DNA from: Perkinsus chesapeaki ATCC PRA-425
Taxonomy: Eukaryota; Protista; Perkinsozoa
Direction of reading: 5' to 3'
DNA: 47,800 nt
NCBI GenBank assembly: GCA_013115145.1
Contig: JAAPAO010000246.1
Span: forward strand, 1-47,800
Below are positions 36,001 to 47,800 of the stretch, piece by piece; the first letter of the stretch is position 1; each line of letters opens with the position of its first letter. Under the pieces are notes generated by a model, which did not search any database, was not told the origin of the DNA, and saw only the letters and a program-made list of their open reading frames with translations. Both the position numbers and the translations under genes were made by a program.

Positions 36001-39000
36001 CCTTCGGTGATCTGAGATTTGACAGTACGCTCTCTAGTACACGATGGTTGCAGGTTTACAGTATCGGGCCCAGCGGGCTTTAAGGAGTTTACTTTTTCCA
36101 CTCACGTACCTGTACGCTTTGAAGTTGAAGGACACGGACTCGGCTCAGCCTCGGGCTATCTGAGACTCGTGGACTCATCTCAAAGCTGCGAGTCCAATCA
36201 AGGCGAGTCCGGCATAGCTCCCTGAAGCTTCGAAGCTAGTTCAGGAAATCCTAAGACGGGACTGACTGAACTGTACATAGGGTGCCCTGATAGCTGCTCG
36301 CCGGTTACCGATGTTGGTGGATCGGAGAGCAACATTGCAATTCAGAGCCCAGATTCGACACATATGCGGTGGGCACAGTAATGGCTAATATCCCTGAGTA
36401 AACTCCTTACCAGTTGCGATGAGAATAATGATAACTGCGAATCGGTTTACATCATTTCGGTCACCGTAATTTCTGCGACACTCACTGAGATAAGGTTCAA
36501 TGGGAGCCCTGACCTTCGTGATGGAGATGTGAGCTTAGCCTGGTGTATAAGCTAAGTAGTGATGCTCAGGTGATCTCTCTTGGTGATAACATTATTCCTG
36601 GTGACTTCATTACTGAGGAAGAATTCGACCTTTTGCGTGGGTGGGGCAGGTAAGGAAACCGCATATGGACAGCACACTGTATAACTGCATAGCGAAATGC
36701 TATAGTTTCTCATCGGCACCGTCTGCTTGCAGTGTGGAAAATGTGCACGTGGCTGGCTACATCTGTAGTTGAGCTTGAGAAAAATTTAAGGAAAATACCC
36801 AGCCAGAAACGCACTTTTTGACCATAAGTCCCGTATAAAATTGTGAGGAAATCCTTGTGCTCACAAGTCCCCATCGGTCGACGAATCCGAACAGATACTC
36901 CCACACTGCCTGCTTGTGAGTAGTGGGTACTGGCTATCCTATAATTGCATTGTCATCTAGTTGAGGCCAGCATCGTCTCCATTTCTTCAATGTGATGTAG
37001 GTATGGTGATTCATCAGAATCATATTTTGTCGGAAATCCTGTCACTATCACTCAAGATGATCCCAGGAGAGTTACTATCCCCATCGGGTGGTCGCGGACC
37101 CCTAGCCCACAGATTGTAGGTTCCTCAATTACGGCAGCCTATAAAGGTTTCATACCTCTTTAGGATGTGGTAGCGGATGACCTAGGCCGATATGGCCTTT
37201 GGTACTCACATTCCTATGCATCGACCAAGGAAGAGGTTATGAGCCACTCGCCGATAACTGATGCCAGACTGTGTTACTCATACGGTGTCTTCAACAACTA
37301 TTACGCAGAGGCACTTATAGCAGTGTGGTTGACGTGGGCTCAAGCGATGTGCTCAGATCGGTCGAGTAACCTTCGTGGAGCCTCCTACTATGTCAGCGTC
37401 AATTCACCTTACTGCTCGACAAGTGGAGGCGAGAGCTCCTGTTATTGTTGAATTTAGAACAGGCGGTAAGTCTATCTACGGTGAAAGGCAGGGAAACACT
37501 CAACTCATAGTTCAAGTAATATAATATTACTCACCATACTACAGCTTAGTGTTTCGCCTGGGCAGGTGCAAAACCCTGACGTTTTTGATCTGCTATTGTC
37601 GACTGATGAAGCATTATCCTTTGACCAGGCCACAGCCGGTGGTAGGCAATTCCACGCCTTGGAAAATATGTTCGTCTTTATACTGGAGGCCACCACACTT
37701 TTGATAATCCATTAGAGCCTTCTCAATCCTACGCATTCCTTGAGCGCATAGAGCTTTGAACTTCTGCCTGAAAGAGAAGTCTGTTCCTGACATGCTTGGA
37801 CATTGGAAAAGATACCATAATGTCTTATCACGACTGAACTATTCTCATTTGCTCGTATTGCAAAGCTATCTGGTCCGTATTTTTTGTCATCAAGTGTCTC
37901 AGATGTCGACTTCTCGGCCAATAGAGTGTATAAAGCGAAACAGTCAGTTTGTGGGCAATTAATTCGGGAGATGTGGACAGATCATCCAAATGGTTTCCCA
38001 ATTCCTAGCGGGTAAGGTCTCGTAGTCCTCCTGTATGGTTGAGATATCAACAGCACGTAGAAAAAACAACAGCAACGTTATATCGTTTCCAAGTTGGTTT
38101 CTCAGGTGCTGGTTCAGAAATCATGGACGTAAGCGTAGCATAGGTATAGTGTTTGACAGCCGTAACGGTTTAGCATACAACACCAACTATCAACTGGTAG
38201 GCAAACCTTCAAAAAATACCGCTGTTTTGCTAATAACAGGTGTTCAATGCTGTCGCACATGAAAGCGCCATCTCCAGCAGTAGTGACCATTTATGGATAC
38301 TCTCGATGAGCAGCATTGACACCAACCCTTATGAAGTGTTGGAGCTCGGCAAAGCAGGTGAACAAACTGGAAAAGTTCTGATAGACGCTCGCTCGCCACT
38401 TCAGGGATAAATCCAAATCGTCGGCCACTGACGGCAGCTAGATCTACTGATCCCAACTGGCCCTCACAGGAGGATTTTGATGCGCAGACTGCGGTGCTTC
38501 TGGAGAATCCAGGGGATATCGGCACAGCGCGAGAACTCAGCCTAACGATCGCAGGTATTCTGGCTTGCTCACACTTGTAGCATATTGCTTCCCTCAGGGG
38601 AACGAAGCGGCTTGGGGGCAATAGTTGGTGGTAGCAACTTGCGGTTTTATCTTTGGCCACTTACCGCCTGGAGGGCTGCTTACGATCCTGATAGGGTACA
38701 AGCAGGCCGCTGTGAGGGATGGTAATTCCCAGCTTGGCAGCTGTCTAGATACCCACATCGTTACAGGTGCCATCCTACTGAGGGTATGGTCTGTGGGAGC
38801 TTGAACGACCGGTGTATATTAGAAAAGATCGGCAATACCGATGCTAGCATAAGAATAATTCTGCCTACTCGTGTGAGTCTCAGAAGGAGAGTCCAAAGCG
38901 CTGTCCGCGAGGAGGACAAGACACAGTTCTGCATGCTTGCTCAATACCTCAACATAATAGTCGTTCACCTTCGCTGATGATCTCCCTCTCAGATGACGCC

Positions 39001-42000
39001 ATTAAAGGGAGATATTCGCTATAGATTATCGATCAAATCATTACCGTTGCCGTTGGATGGAATTGGGTGGTTCCCTATGAGGTTGGGTGGTGCAGAACTA
39101 TCCAATACTGAGGACATACATCCACATTATACCTTAGTTGATGGAGGCTTGCTGTACTATCGTATCTCACTATTCAGAACGTATTCAGGCTTACTTAATG
39201 TAGATATAAGAAACCTCCAATCGGGGCAAGTTGGGGTAGAGCACATATTATCCGCGATGACAGTGGGGTGGTAGATGCCTATCCTTTCAAAGCGGAATTA
39301 AACAATCTCCTTTATATACAAGTGAGCCTCATGGTCAGCAAGTACTTGACATGGCCAAATTTACCTACGTATTTTCCGCAAGTATATTATATCCCAGCTT
39401 GAACCAAATTGCAGGTTTCCTTCATGACTACGATCCATCGGGCTTACCAAGCACTTAGCTCGTTCTCAACCATAACAATTGAAATGCCAACGGGTTACCA
39501 ATGCTTGGAGGTACCGTATTCGGCTATCACTCCTCGTATGTTACTATGCAGGTCCAACCACTGTCTGAGACGCTCTCCTTTTTGGGACCAAGCCCTCAAG
39601 GACGGGGATGGTTGGCGAACATTGACGGCAGCCAGTGGTCCTATAGGAACAACCTTTGCATCTATACATTAGCTCCTGGTAACTATTTTATGTTCCAGGC
39701 TTCGTTCAGTTTTCTGTAGGAAGTCTAATTCCAGCCGGGAGCAACATGTACTTCAAACTACGGCTCAGTAATCCATCCACACCGTTACCCATCACGGATG
39801 AAGCGAACGTTTGGAAGGCTTGGATGAGGATGCAGGAAAGGAACGCAGAAGTGAGAGCAAACACCTCGGAATTCGCACATTTCCTTCCAGCCTTTCGAGC
39901 TTCCGGCTCTTGACTTCTCGGACGATAAAAGCGACACAATGCGAGTGAGGAACGTTGGTGTGCTTGGAATCCTCGCCGATGTTGTGGCGAGCCCCAGTGA
40001 GTGTTGGGCTTCTTGTCGAAGATAATCGATCATTCGATTGGATAGCGTATGGGCTTGCTATTCGGTCCATCTTAGGCAGCTTGGTACGATCGGCCCGCCA
40101 TGAAATGACGTTTTTCTTCAAAACGGATCTTACCAACGGTCCCAATGGCTATGTTATCGTCACCGCCCCAGCCGGTATAGGATACTCTCTCACTGAGGTA
40201 ACCGTCTCGCTTGGTGAACTCCTAAGTGTCGATGCAGGATGGGGAGAAGTGCTTGGTTGGTGACCCTAATCCGGTGTACTTCCGTCTGGGTGGTGAGACA
40301 TCTCGCCTGCCCGGAATATTGGACTGTACCACGCCAACAGAGGAACAAGCAATCTTGAATGTTCGTAACGTATCTGTTAGTTCTTCCGGCATCCTACCCA
40401 GATAGATACAATATCGACTAGTAGCAAATCATAGATACGCTTTCACACTGTGGATCACCAATCCACATAGTATGAATTTCAACTGGACACGTAAACATTG
40501 GAAAGTAAGCCACTAGGTTGTTGAAGTATAGCGTTCTCTTCGCAGCTTCACACAGCGTTGTCTACTGAAGCATTGGTCGATGGCACATATGGCCCGAAAG
40601 GTATGAAGATGATACCACGAGGAGAGACTGTTGGTGAAGTCGCTGGTCGAAGCCTTACGTATGATGTTTACTATGCCGACATGGGAGAGGTAAGCTATTC
40701 ATCCTGGGCTCGCAGACGGCAGCATATTCCAATATTCTGTGATTGGTTGTTTATTACGGATCCCAGCTGTTTTTCGATCGCAATCACAAGCTCATTGCGA
40801 CCTGAAGATGTTTCTTGTCAGAAAAAACGTTAGTTTGTCGTTTGTCGACAACATCGTTAGTCGCTCTGTCAGATATTCGATATAACTGTATCTCTACCAC
40901 ATCTACCCTATACCGTCACTGGCCTACCATCTACCGTTACCATATTCCCTTTAGTATTTCCAGAGACCGTAACGACAAACATGCGGTTAACTGCGCCACC
41001 CGGTTTCAAGTAATACCAAAACGTTCGTTGGTTCATGATATCATCAATCCAGATTTGTATCGAACCCTCAGTCTTTCCATACAGCAGTGGAAGGCACAAC
41101 ACTGCCAATGCCAAGATCGGATTTCTCTCTTTTTGGTGGTGACTCGCAGGTGCAGCTTGTCTCGTCGATTTGGGAGTATCGTTTTCTTCATCAAGATATT
41201 CCTACAAGAAGCTGAATACATTAAGAAGGAGCTCTACGGGTTCTCCTGCGATATAGAGGTAGCAGCCTTCCTAGCATACAAGAAAGACGACATCGTTCTT
41301 TCAGTTTCCAGATTTCACTTCGTCATCAGCGGCCAATGTGTTCTATTTGGAGACCTCTATTGGCTCTGAAGTACTGGACCAAAGTCGAATGGCTCATGTT
41401 ATCGAAGCTCCCTTGGTCCGAGTCATAACAAGCTTCCAACTTAGCTTCACTACAAGTGTCATCGGAAAGGTATCTCTTTGCTACTGCTCTCAATATTCAG
41501 TATATTTAGGTGAATACTGTCAGTCTGTCTTTCGTACTTTCCACTGCCATTGCGAGTAACTCCCTGGCGGGCTTAGTCGTAGAAGTCCCGCACGGATTCA
41601 AGCTAGCTACCGAGTGTTCGCCCAGGGGAACGCCATTTACTTGCCAGGTGACGCATCAGTGACGCGGCATTTACTCTTGGTCGTGCTGTTTTCAAGCGCA
41701 CCTCGTCAGCTCGCTATTACCACGCTTCTATTTAGGCCTATTACACCCTTGACGGTACTGAAACCAACGAGGATGTCCCCGGCGCCCGGTTATTATTGCG
41801 AATGCGTCCGAGCTCTGAGGGAGTCGTTGCGGGATCCCATAAGATCATACTCGATTTTATCAATCCTCCCACACTGTTCATCAACGAACCCTCTGACGGC
41901 ACACTTTGCGGAATGGTGGAGTGCTGGACTGTACGATCGTTAATAAACGCTGAACTCGTCACCGATCCGACTGACTGGCACAACACCGTCGAAAAGGAAG

Positions 42001-45000
42001 CATCGATTGAGGCTTTCGATATAAACAGTGAGATTGGTGCAGCTGGAATAATACCGAACACCATCGGCCGAAATGATAGGCCGGGCTTGCTTAATATGGT
42101 AGCGTTTACCTTTCTCATGAAAGGGTCTGTCACTGAATCATCCGAGATGACCATCAGAGCACCACCTGGTACACTTTTCCAGGAAGACTGCTTGGACGAT
42201 ATAATCGTGAAACTCGAAGACTTCCTTGAAGCCAGCCAGATAGGAAGTTTAAGGGAGCTTGAACCCGATGTGGAACCCACGAGCTGTTCAAGCGAAGGAA
42301 ACATAATACGCATTGGCCTTACGGCCGGGCTGCAGGCTGGCCTGAGCTATGCGGTAGCAGTTAGAGTTTGGAATGCGTTGGAGGAATCTGAAGATGATAG
42401 ATCCTGGCTTATAATATATTCCGGAGAAAGCAGTGCTCCGATCCCCTCATTTAGGCTGTGGATAGTATCGGATATATCGATAACACCTACTCAATTAACC
42501 CGCTATATAGTGGAATCCCCGATCCAGGTCTCTACAGGGATAAACTATGTCACTATAGACTTCAAGACCTATCACCAAATATCTCGGGGCGGCCGGGTGA
42601 GAATAATAGCACCTGGGGACGGAACTGCAGAAGGATCCTTCGAGTTCGCTCGAACAACCTTCGAATGTGACATGAGTTTCCGCCGACTGACTGGTGATGG
42701 CAGCGCCCTTAGCGTGGCTTACTGGGGTTCCAATGACTATACTTGTATTGTGGAGAACAAAGCAAGATACACCGCTAACATTAACGTCATCAGCAGCAAA
42801 AAGGTCGAAGCTTACCAATCCTTTCTGCTATGTATTCCTTCTCTCAGACAGTCGTGAGCGGTATAATATATAGAGCCGTCGCCGGAATTTACAACCCTCA
42901 GCGAATCACCAGGGTTATTGGAACCTGGCGAATTCAGACTTACAGCGATATGTCTGTTCACTGCGCGCAGAGCTCCGCTATGAAATCGTCAGGTTCTCCA
43001 ACACAGAAACCAGCAGTACTGAGAACCATGAGAACGCTTTGCTCGATACCGGAACTGCGCGAGGTTTCCCTGTCATTCTGGACTTTTACACGTTCACGAT
43101 GGTGAAGAAAAACCCAGATACGCCCGAAGTGAGAACTCCTTGTGAATGAAGTGATCAGAAACTCTCTCAGCGGAGCAACACGAAAGTAGAAGAACTACGG
43201 TTCCGTATTGCGCTCCGAAGCGCTTTCGGGGAAAACGAAATCATAAGACTCACCGCGCCACCTCTGTTCACCCTAGTAAGGCCGAGGGTTTCATTCGAAC
43301 TTCAAGTCTCGATTTTTGGTGACACTAATTAGGAGGACAATTCACGGCCAGGAATATGTGAAGGGTTTTCGTGGGACCCACCGACGGCAACATACCTTGT
43401 TCAATCGACCATCGAATGCATTGATAATGTTATGATATGGCATCTCAAGGAACGCTACAACTGTGCAATTCAAGTACTCGCGTTCATCACACCAACTGCT
43501 ATACATCATCCTCTTCTTTCAGCCTTCTGGTGCTTGCATCAGCGAGATACCGTTTATACTTAATACGACTAATCCATCGGAAACGCCTCGCCCCGAGAAT
43601 AACTTTTGGGTTATAACGCATGAGCTTCCCAACGGTAACGTACCCGGTCCTTATGGAAAGAATACTGACGCCAACAGGCACGGTATCAGCATCGCGTGCG
43701 GTAGAAGGGTGGCAAATAATACCATCTCTCTTCTCAGCCACAGTGGAACTTACAGGTCTGAGACGCCAGCTATCTGAATAACAAGGCTGCACTCTAGGGA
43801 AAGTTGTCGGGGCCGGAAGCCAAATCGGCACAGAGATAGTCATTATGTTCGTGCCGACTTCAACCGCCGATGTTCTTGAGCTTACAGTAGACGCTTATGA
43901 CAACACCTGACGCTAGCACCTTGGTAGGTGCTTCAACCAGGCAACTTCGACCTGTCCACAGCCACACCAACGAGTAGTGGCCATGTGGTAACTGAGGCAA
44001 CTGACACTAGCTTAACAATAAGCGGGGCTTTCTTGGCTGCGTCTAGTGAGAATCCAGCAGATGGTAGCTTTTGAGAATGTTGTTAACATAAATGCATGTA
44101 GACCATTTCGCTGCAGGTGATCAGGTGATTCTGCGATTGAAGAACATCAGATTGGGCTCTCCCGGAGGTCTCACAAAATGGCATCTGCGAACATTTTACG
44201 CAGGCAAAGTTCAAGACTTAATGACCATTAATGGTTTCTCTTTACCAGGCAAAGTGAGGCTCTAATTTGACTGGCCTTTGGAGCACGGTGGAATGTCCAA
44301 TTCCGATGATAAGCGTATAATTCAAATAATTAAGCTTATCGGCGATGATGATATTCAGATAACTGTGGTCGATAAGACTATCGTCACTGAATATAATCGC
44401 GACCCGCAAACCTCCTCCGTCAAGTATCCTCTTCTGTCGTTACTCCCCACCAGAGTAAGCTATCGCGTGATCCTTCTGGCAACGCTTCGCAACACCTACC
44501 AGGCTGGTGAACTGGGGGTTGTCAAGATATCTTTCACGACAACAATGCCCGTGAATAGCGGACATATACTAGTTATATATGCACCCGGATACACGATACT
44601 AGCAGCAAGCCCCGAGGCCATAGAAAAGTGAGCTCGCTGAAGCCGATGTCTTCCGTGGAACATTATTATATGAGAGGCTCATAATGGGACTTCTACTATC
44701 TTAGTTCCCTCTCATTCCCTCCTTCAATAAACATCTCGACCGAGTCGGGACAACTCCTGTCTACTAATTTATTAGACTCCGAGCTCTCCTCGCTCAGTAA
44801 GTTCAGCATCTGTTTACATCTGTGTACTCTTCGTAAGACACGGTTGTTCTGGGCTAGGTCCTAACCAGCTAGGTGAAGGTACTGTGATCGAACTTGCGGA
44901 TGGAGCGAGCATGTCACCCGGTAACGTGTACACTATTAGCATGGATATCGTCACACCTTACGATAGCAGTCTGGGCGCTAAGTAAGCTCATGGTCGAATT

Positions 45001-47339
45001 GATGAAGTGGGAAGTGAACACTTTCAGCTGGCTGATTGAGACTTGGTCACAGGAGCCTCAGTATAGTATCACACGTCAGCCTAGCAACACTAACGATAGG
45101 CTAATGGTGCCATTTGATATGTCCTCGCAATACTATATGACGGTTAGGGCAGTCCGAGCCGCACCCTCATCAGAAGCCGTGGTAACACGATCATTTTGGG
45201 GAACTCGGACGTAGTTCACTTGCAGATCAATGTTGTTATCAATTTAAGGATGTCACCCGCCAATGAGTTGCTTCTGACAGCTCCTGGAGGTCAATCAAGT
45301 CCTCGAGCGGCATTAGTATTTACAGATATCCTTCAGGGTTTCAGTTTTCAAGCAACTGTCTGATTGCCAGTGTGACAGCCATCAGTGAGCAACTGGAGGA
45401 TACTAATCCTTCGACTGGGCAACCAGAGGTTGTTACCCAGCTTATACCTAGTGAGGGTGATGCTGTGAAGTGAGTAAAGTTGTTCCATCATTAACCTGGA
45501 GACTTGCAATTGTTAACAGTTGCGTGCCGGATCCTGACGTAGACCCGAGCTACAGAACTGCTCGCGTCGTCTTAGGCGATTTTGCTTGCTGTGGAATAGT
45601 TGACCGTGTGACTATGCGACTAAGAGTAAAAATAATAGACTTTTTAGTAGCTAGTGCATTCGCTCAATAATCAGATAACATGTCCTCAAGCTCTCCCGGA
45701 AGTCAGATCCCACTGGGTTGTCCGCGGCTTTCAGAAGTAAACCATCTCGGGCCCGACCATCATCATGGCATCATCTCTTGCCAGGGATCGTGAGACCGAA
45801 AAAGTTGTCGGCTGGGGCGTTGATTTCGTCGGTCTGGAGATTACCCCAATGTCTCTTGCACGACTGCACTATCCCAACGTCGCGCAAGTCAGCGTCAATC
45901 TTGGCGTTGAATTCGCAACAACACAGAAACTAAGTGGAGGAGGAACTGTACGTTAATCTTAATGAGCCCCGTTCGACATGGATATTCTGGTAGATCCGGC
46001 TAGACCTCCCAGCCTCTGCATCAGCGACCTGCGTTTCCTTCGCTGAGCTGAGTCTTGCCAGCAGCAATGGTGGATGGGTTACGTGCGAGTTGTCTCAGGA
46101 TTCTGTAAGTCTTTTGCTCTCTCTGAAGATATTCCATTCCTTTAGAATGCTGTTTTAATATACCTTAATAGTACTCTACTGCCGGGTACCTTCTCATTTG
46201 CTGTTGGCCTTCTTCTCACCAAAAGCATATCGCCGTCTGAATATTTTTCGATATATCTCATGTCCCAGACAGGAACAATTATGGACGCGGCCGTAAAAGT
46301 GAGTAATTGAAAGCGTTATGATGCGTAAGTGTACGATAGATACCTGCTGAACCAGTTGTACCTGGTCTAGTTGTAAACAGTCTACCACTCAGACTATCGG
46401 CTGACGGCATCAATGCTCTCCCCGAATCCATACTGCAGATAAGCTTTGAAAGCCTTGGAGATGCCGATGCCGCGAAGTATTCAAGCACAGAAGATTTTGC
46501 AAGTGATGCGCCAATTCCGCCAGAACTTGTTCATTACTCTTGAGGATGTGCTGAGAATTTTACGGCAGGTGACAACCCTTTCGACGCCAAGTCGAATAAG
46601 CCCTTACCAAGGCGGATTGTCAAGGTCACTCTACCTTTAGAAATACAATCGGAAGTGATATGACAGCGGATCTGAACTTTCTGGCTCCTGTCGCATAATT
46701 CAGGTGCCGACGGACCTCTCGATCAGTCGTATACTTGTGACTTGCCCTGAAGGGTTCCGGCACTTGATTACTCTTGAATCTCCTTTGCCATCCCAGGTAT
46801 GTTAATTCCTCGAAGTGTGCTCGCCTTATTTCCGTAAGCAGGTTCAGCTTACGGGACTGGTACCAATCATCGGTAACTACATTGCCCTCACTAGCAGTGA
46901 TGACGCTTTTGCTCTGCTTATCGATCGAACCCTCCCTATGGGCTCAGGAAGGTGCTTACTAGCTGCTCGCTACTATATGTACTGTGCGAGGCAGATACGA
47001 AATAACCTTCCCCGTGCTAGTGGCTGACGTCCATCCACCGGTTAATTTCTGGAGGCTCAGCTTTTGCCGCAGAAATACCAGTAAGATAATAGCAGCCCCA
47101 AACGAGGTTCGTGCTTTTATCGTGATCGTAAACAAGAGATTAACGCGTAAGAACAACGCGTAGGTTCACCGTGTGAAACATATACAAGTCCTTCCGTAAT
47201 CACAACATTCATCTTCCCGGGATTTGAAGTATCCACTGGGGAACGAACCGTACTCGATGGTGGATCAGCAGCAACCATGGTTCATGTTCAATATACGTTC
47301 ACGGTTCTCCTCCATTTGCTTTGCCTCATACTTCAATAA
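33028..47339 (+). CDS. Giant multi-exon repeat-built surface/secreted protein, predicted signal peptide and GPI-like C-terminus
   Basis: N-terminus MASSANAYIVAALITVIECID. The N-half has repeated xCYC/YRFCF modules (GICYCPGYQDC, YDICYCDEQC, VVCYCPLAYTDTC). The C-half has repeated beta-rich modules with xAPxG motifs (ITIEMPTG, VTAPAG, TIRAPPG, RIIAPG, VIYAPG, LTAPGG) and a 353-aa ORF. It ends DGGSAATMVHVQYTFTVLLHLLCLILQ* at 47339. That it is one gene is inferred; not all junctions were verified. Confidence 0.65.
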
Positions 47340-47800
47340 GCTTTTGGTATGTTGAGTTCGAGAGTTAGCTGCGCATCAGACACCACTAAGCCAGGACATA
47401 CTGTATAAGGCTCAGGGAAGTCACCCTCTCCACTATATCTTACTCTTGAAACGCAAAACAATCATAGCTTGATAACTGATGAGACTGGTATGACTGACAA
47501 GAAGACGTATCAACGACGAGAATCCCACCGAGACCTACGAAGATCACTATTATGGTTTTCAAAGGTAACACAGGAGGCAACGAGACAAAGTTGCAGAGAT
47601 AGCAAATATAACTGACCATGTGCTTTGCGTCGCCAGCGATGACTGTCCACCCTCCTGGGTATTGTAGGCAGGGCAATATCCAAGATCTGGGAACTGGGGC
47701 TTGGCGCGTAGTTGACTCCAATTCTTATAGCTCACAATCTCCTTATGGATAGGAGCTCTTTCTTCTAGACTTCTAGCCCACATATTCAAATGTTTATGAG

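Noticed and set aside
41741-42313. Long minus-strand ORFs (also 5237-5494, 277-747, 26937-27284)
   Set aside because: Antisense shadows of the real coding regions on the opposite strand, or of 3' intergenic sequence.
47440-47800. Minus-strand ORFs at the window end
   Set aside because: Possibly the 3' end of a neighbouring gene, but no recognisable homology or reliable exon structure within the window.

Overview
Compact, intron-rich eukaryotic nuclear DNA with many roughly 45-60 nt GT-AG introns. The gene style suggests a Perkinsus-like alveolate; this is inference, not confirmed. Recognisable genes: BBS2, a two-domain animal-type HAAO, a CRAL-TRIO/Sec14 protein, a BCNT/CFDP1-family protein, a DUF445 membrane protein, an FN3+ILEI protein and an ~14 kb giant repeat-built surface-protein gene with a predicted signal peptide and GPI-like tail. 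Three intronless paralogues encode small secreted tandem 6-Cys proteins. Accessory DNA includes a 1.9 kb segmental duplication (103-2018 vs 26640-28551) that truncates two genes and abuts a decayed BEL/Pao pol fragment, an internally deleted Tc1/mariner element, a Gypsy-like RNase H relic in an intron, three minisatellites and several perfect palindromes. The most unusual signal is three short spliceosomal introns, each built around a tRNA T-arm + acceptor 3' end + Pol III-terminator-like trailer. In two of them that trailer, read antisense, is the 5' splice donor. Exon structures were assembled by eye, so several start codons are approximate.
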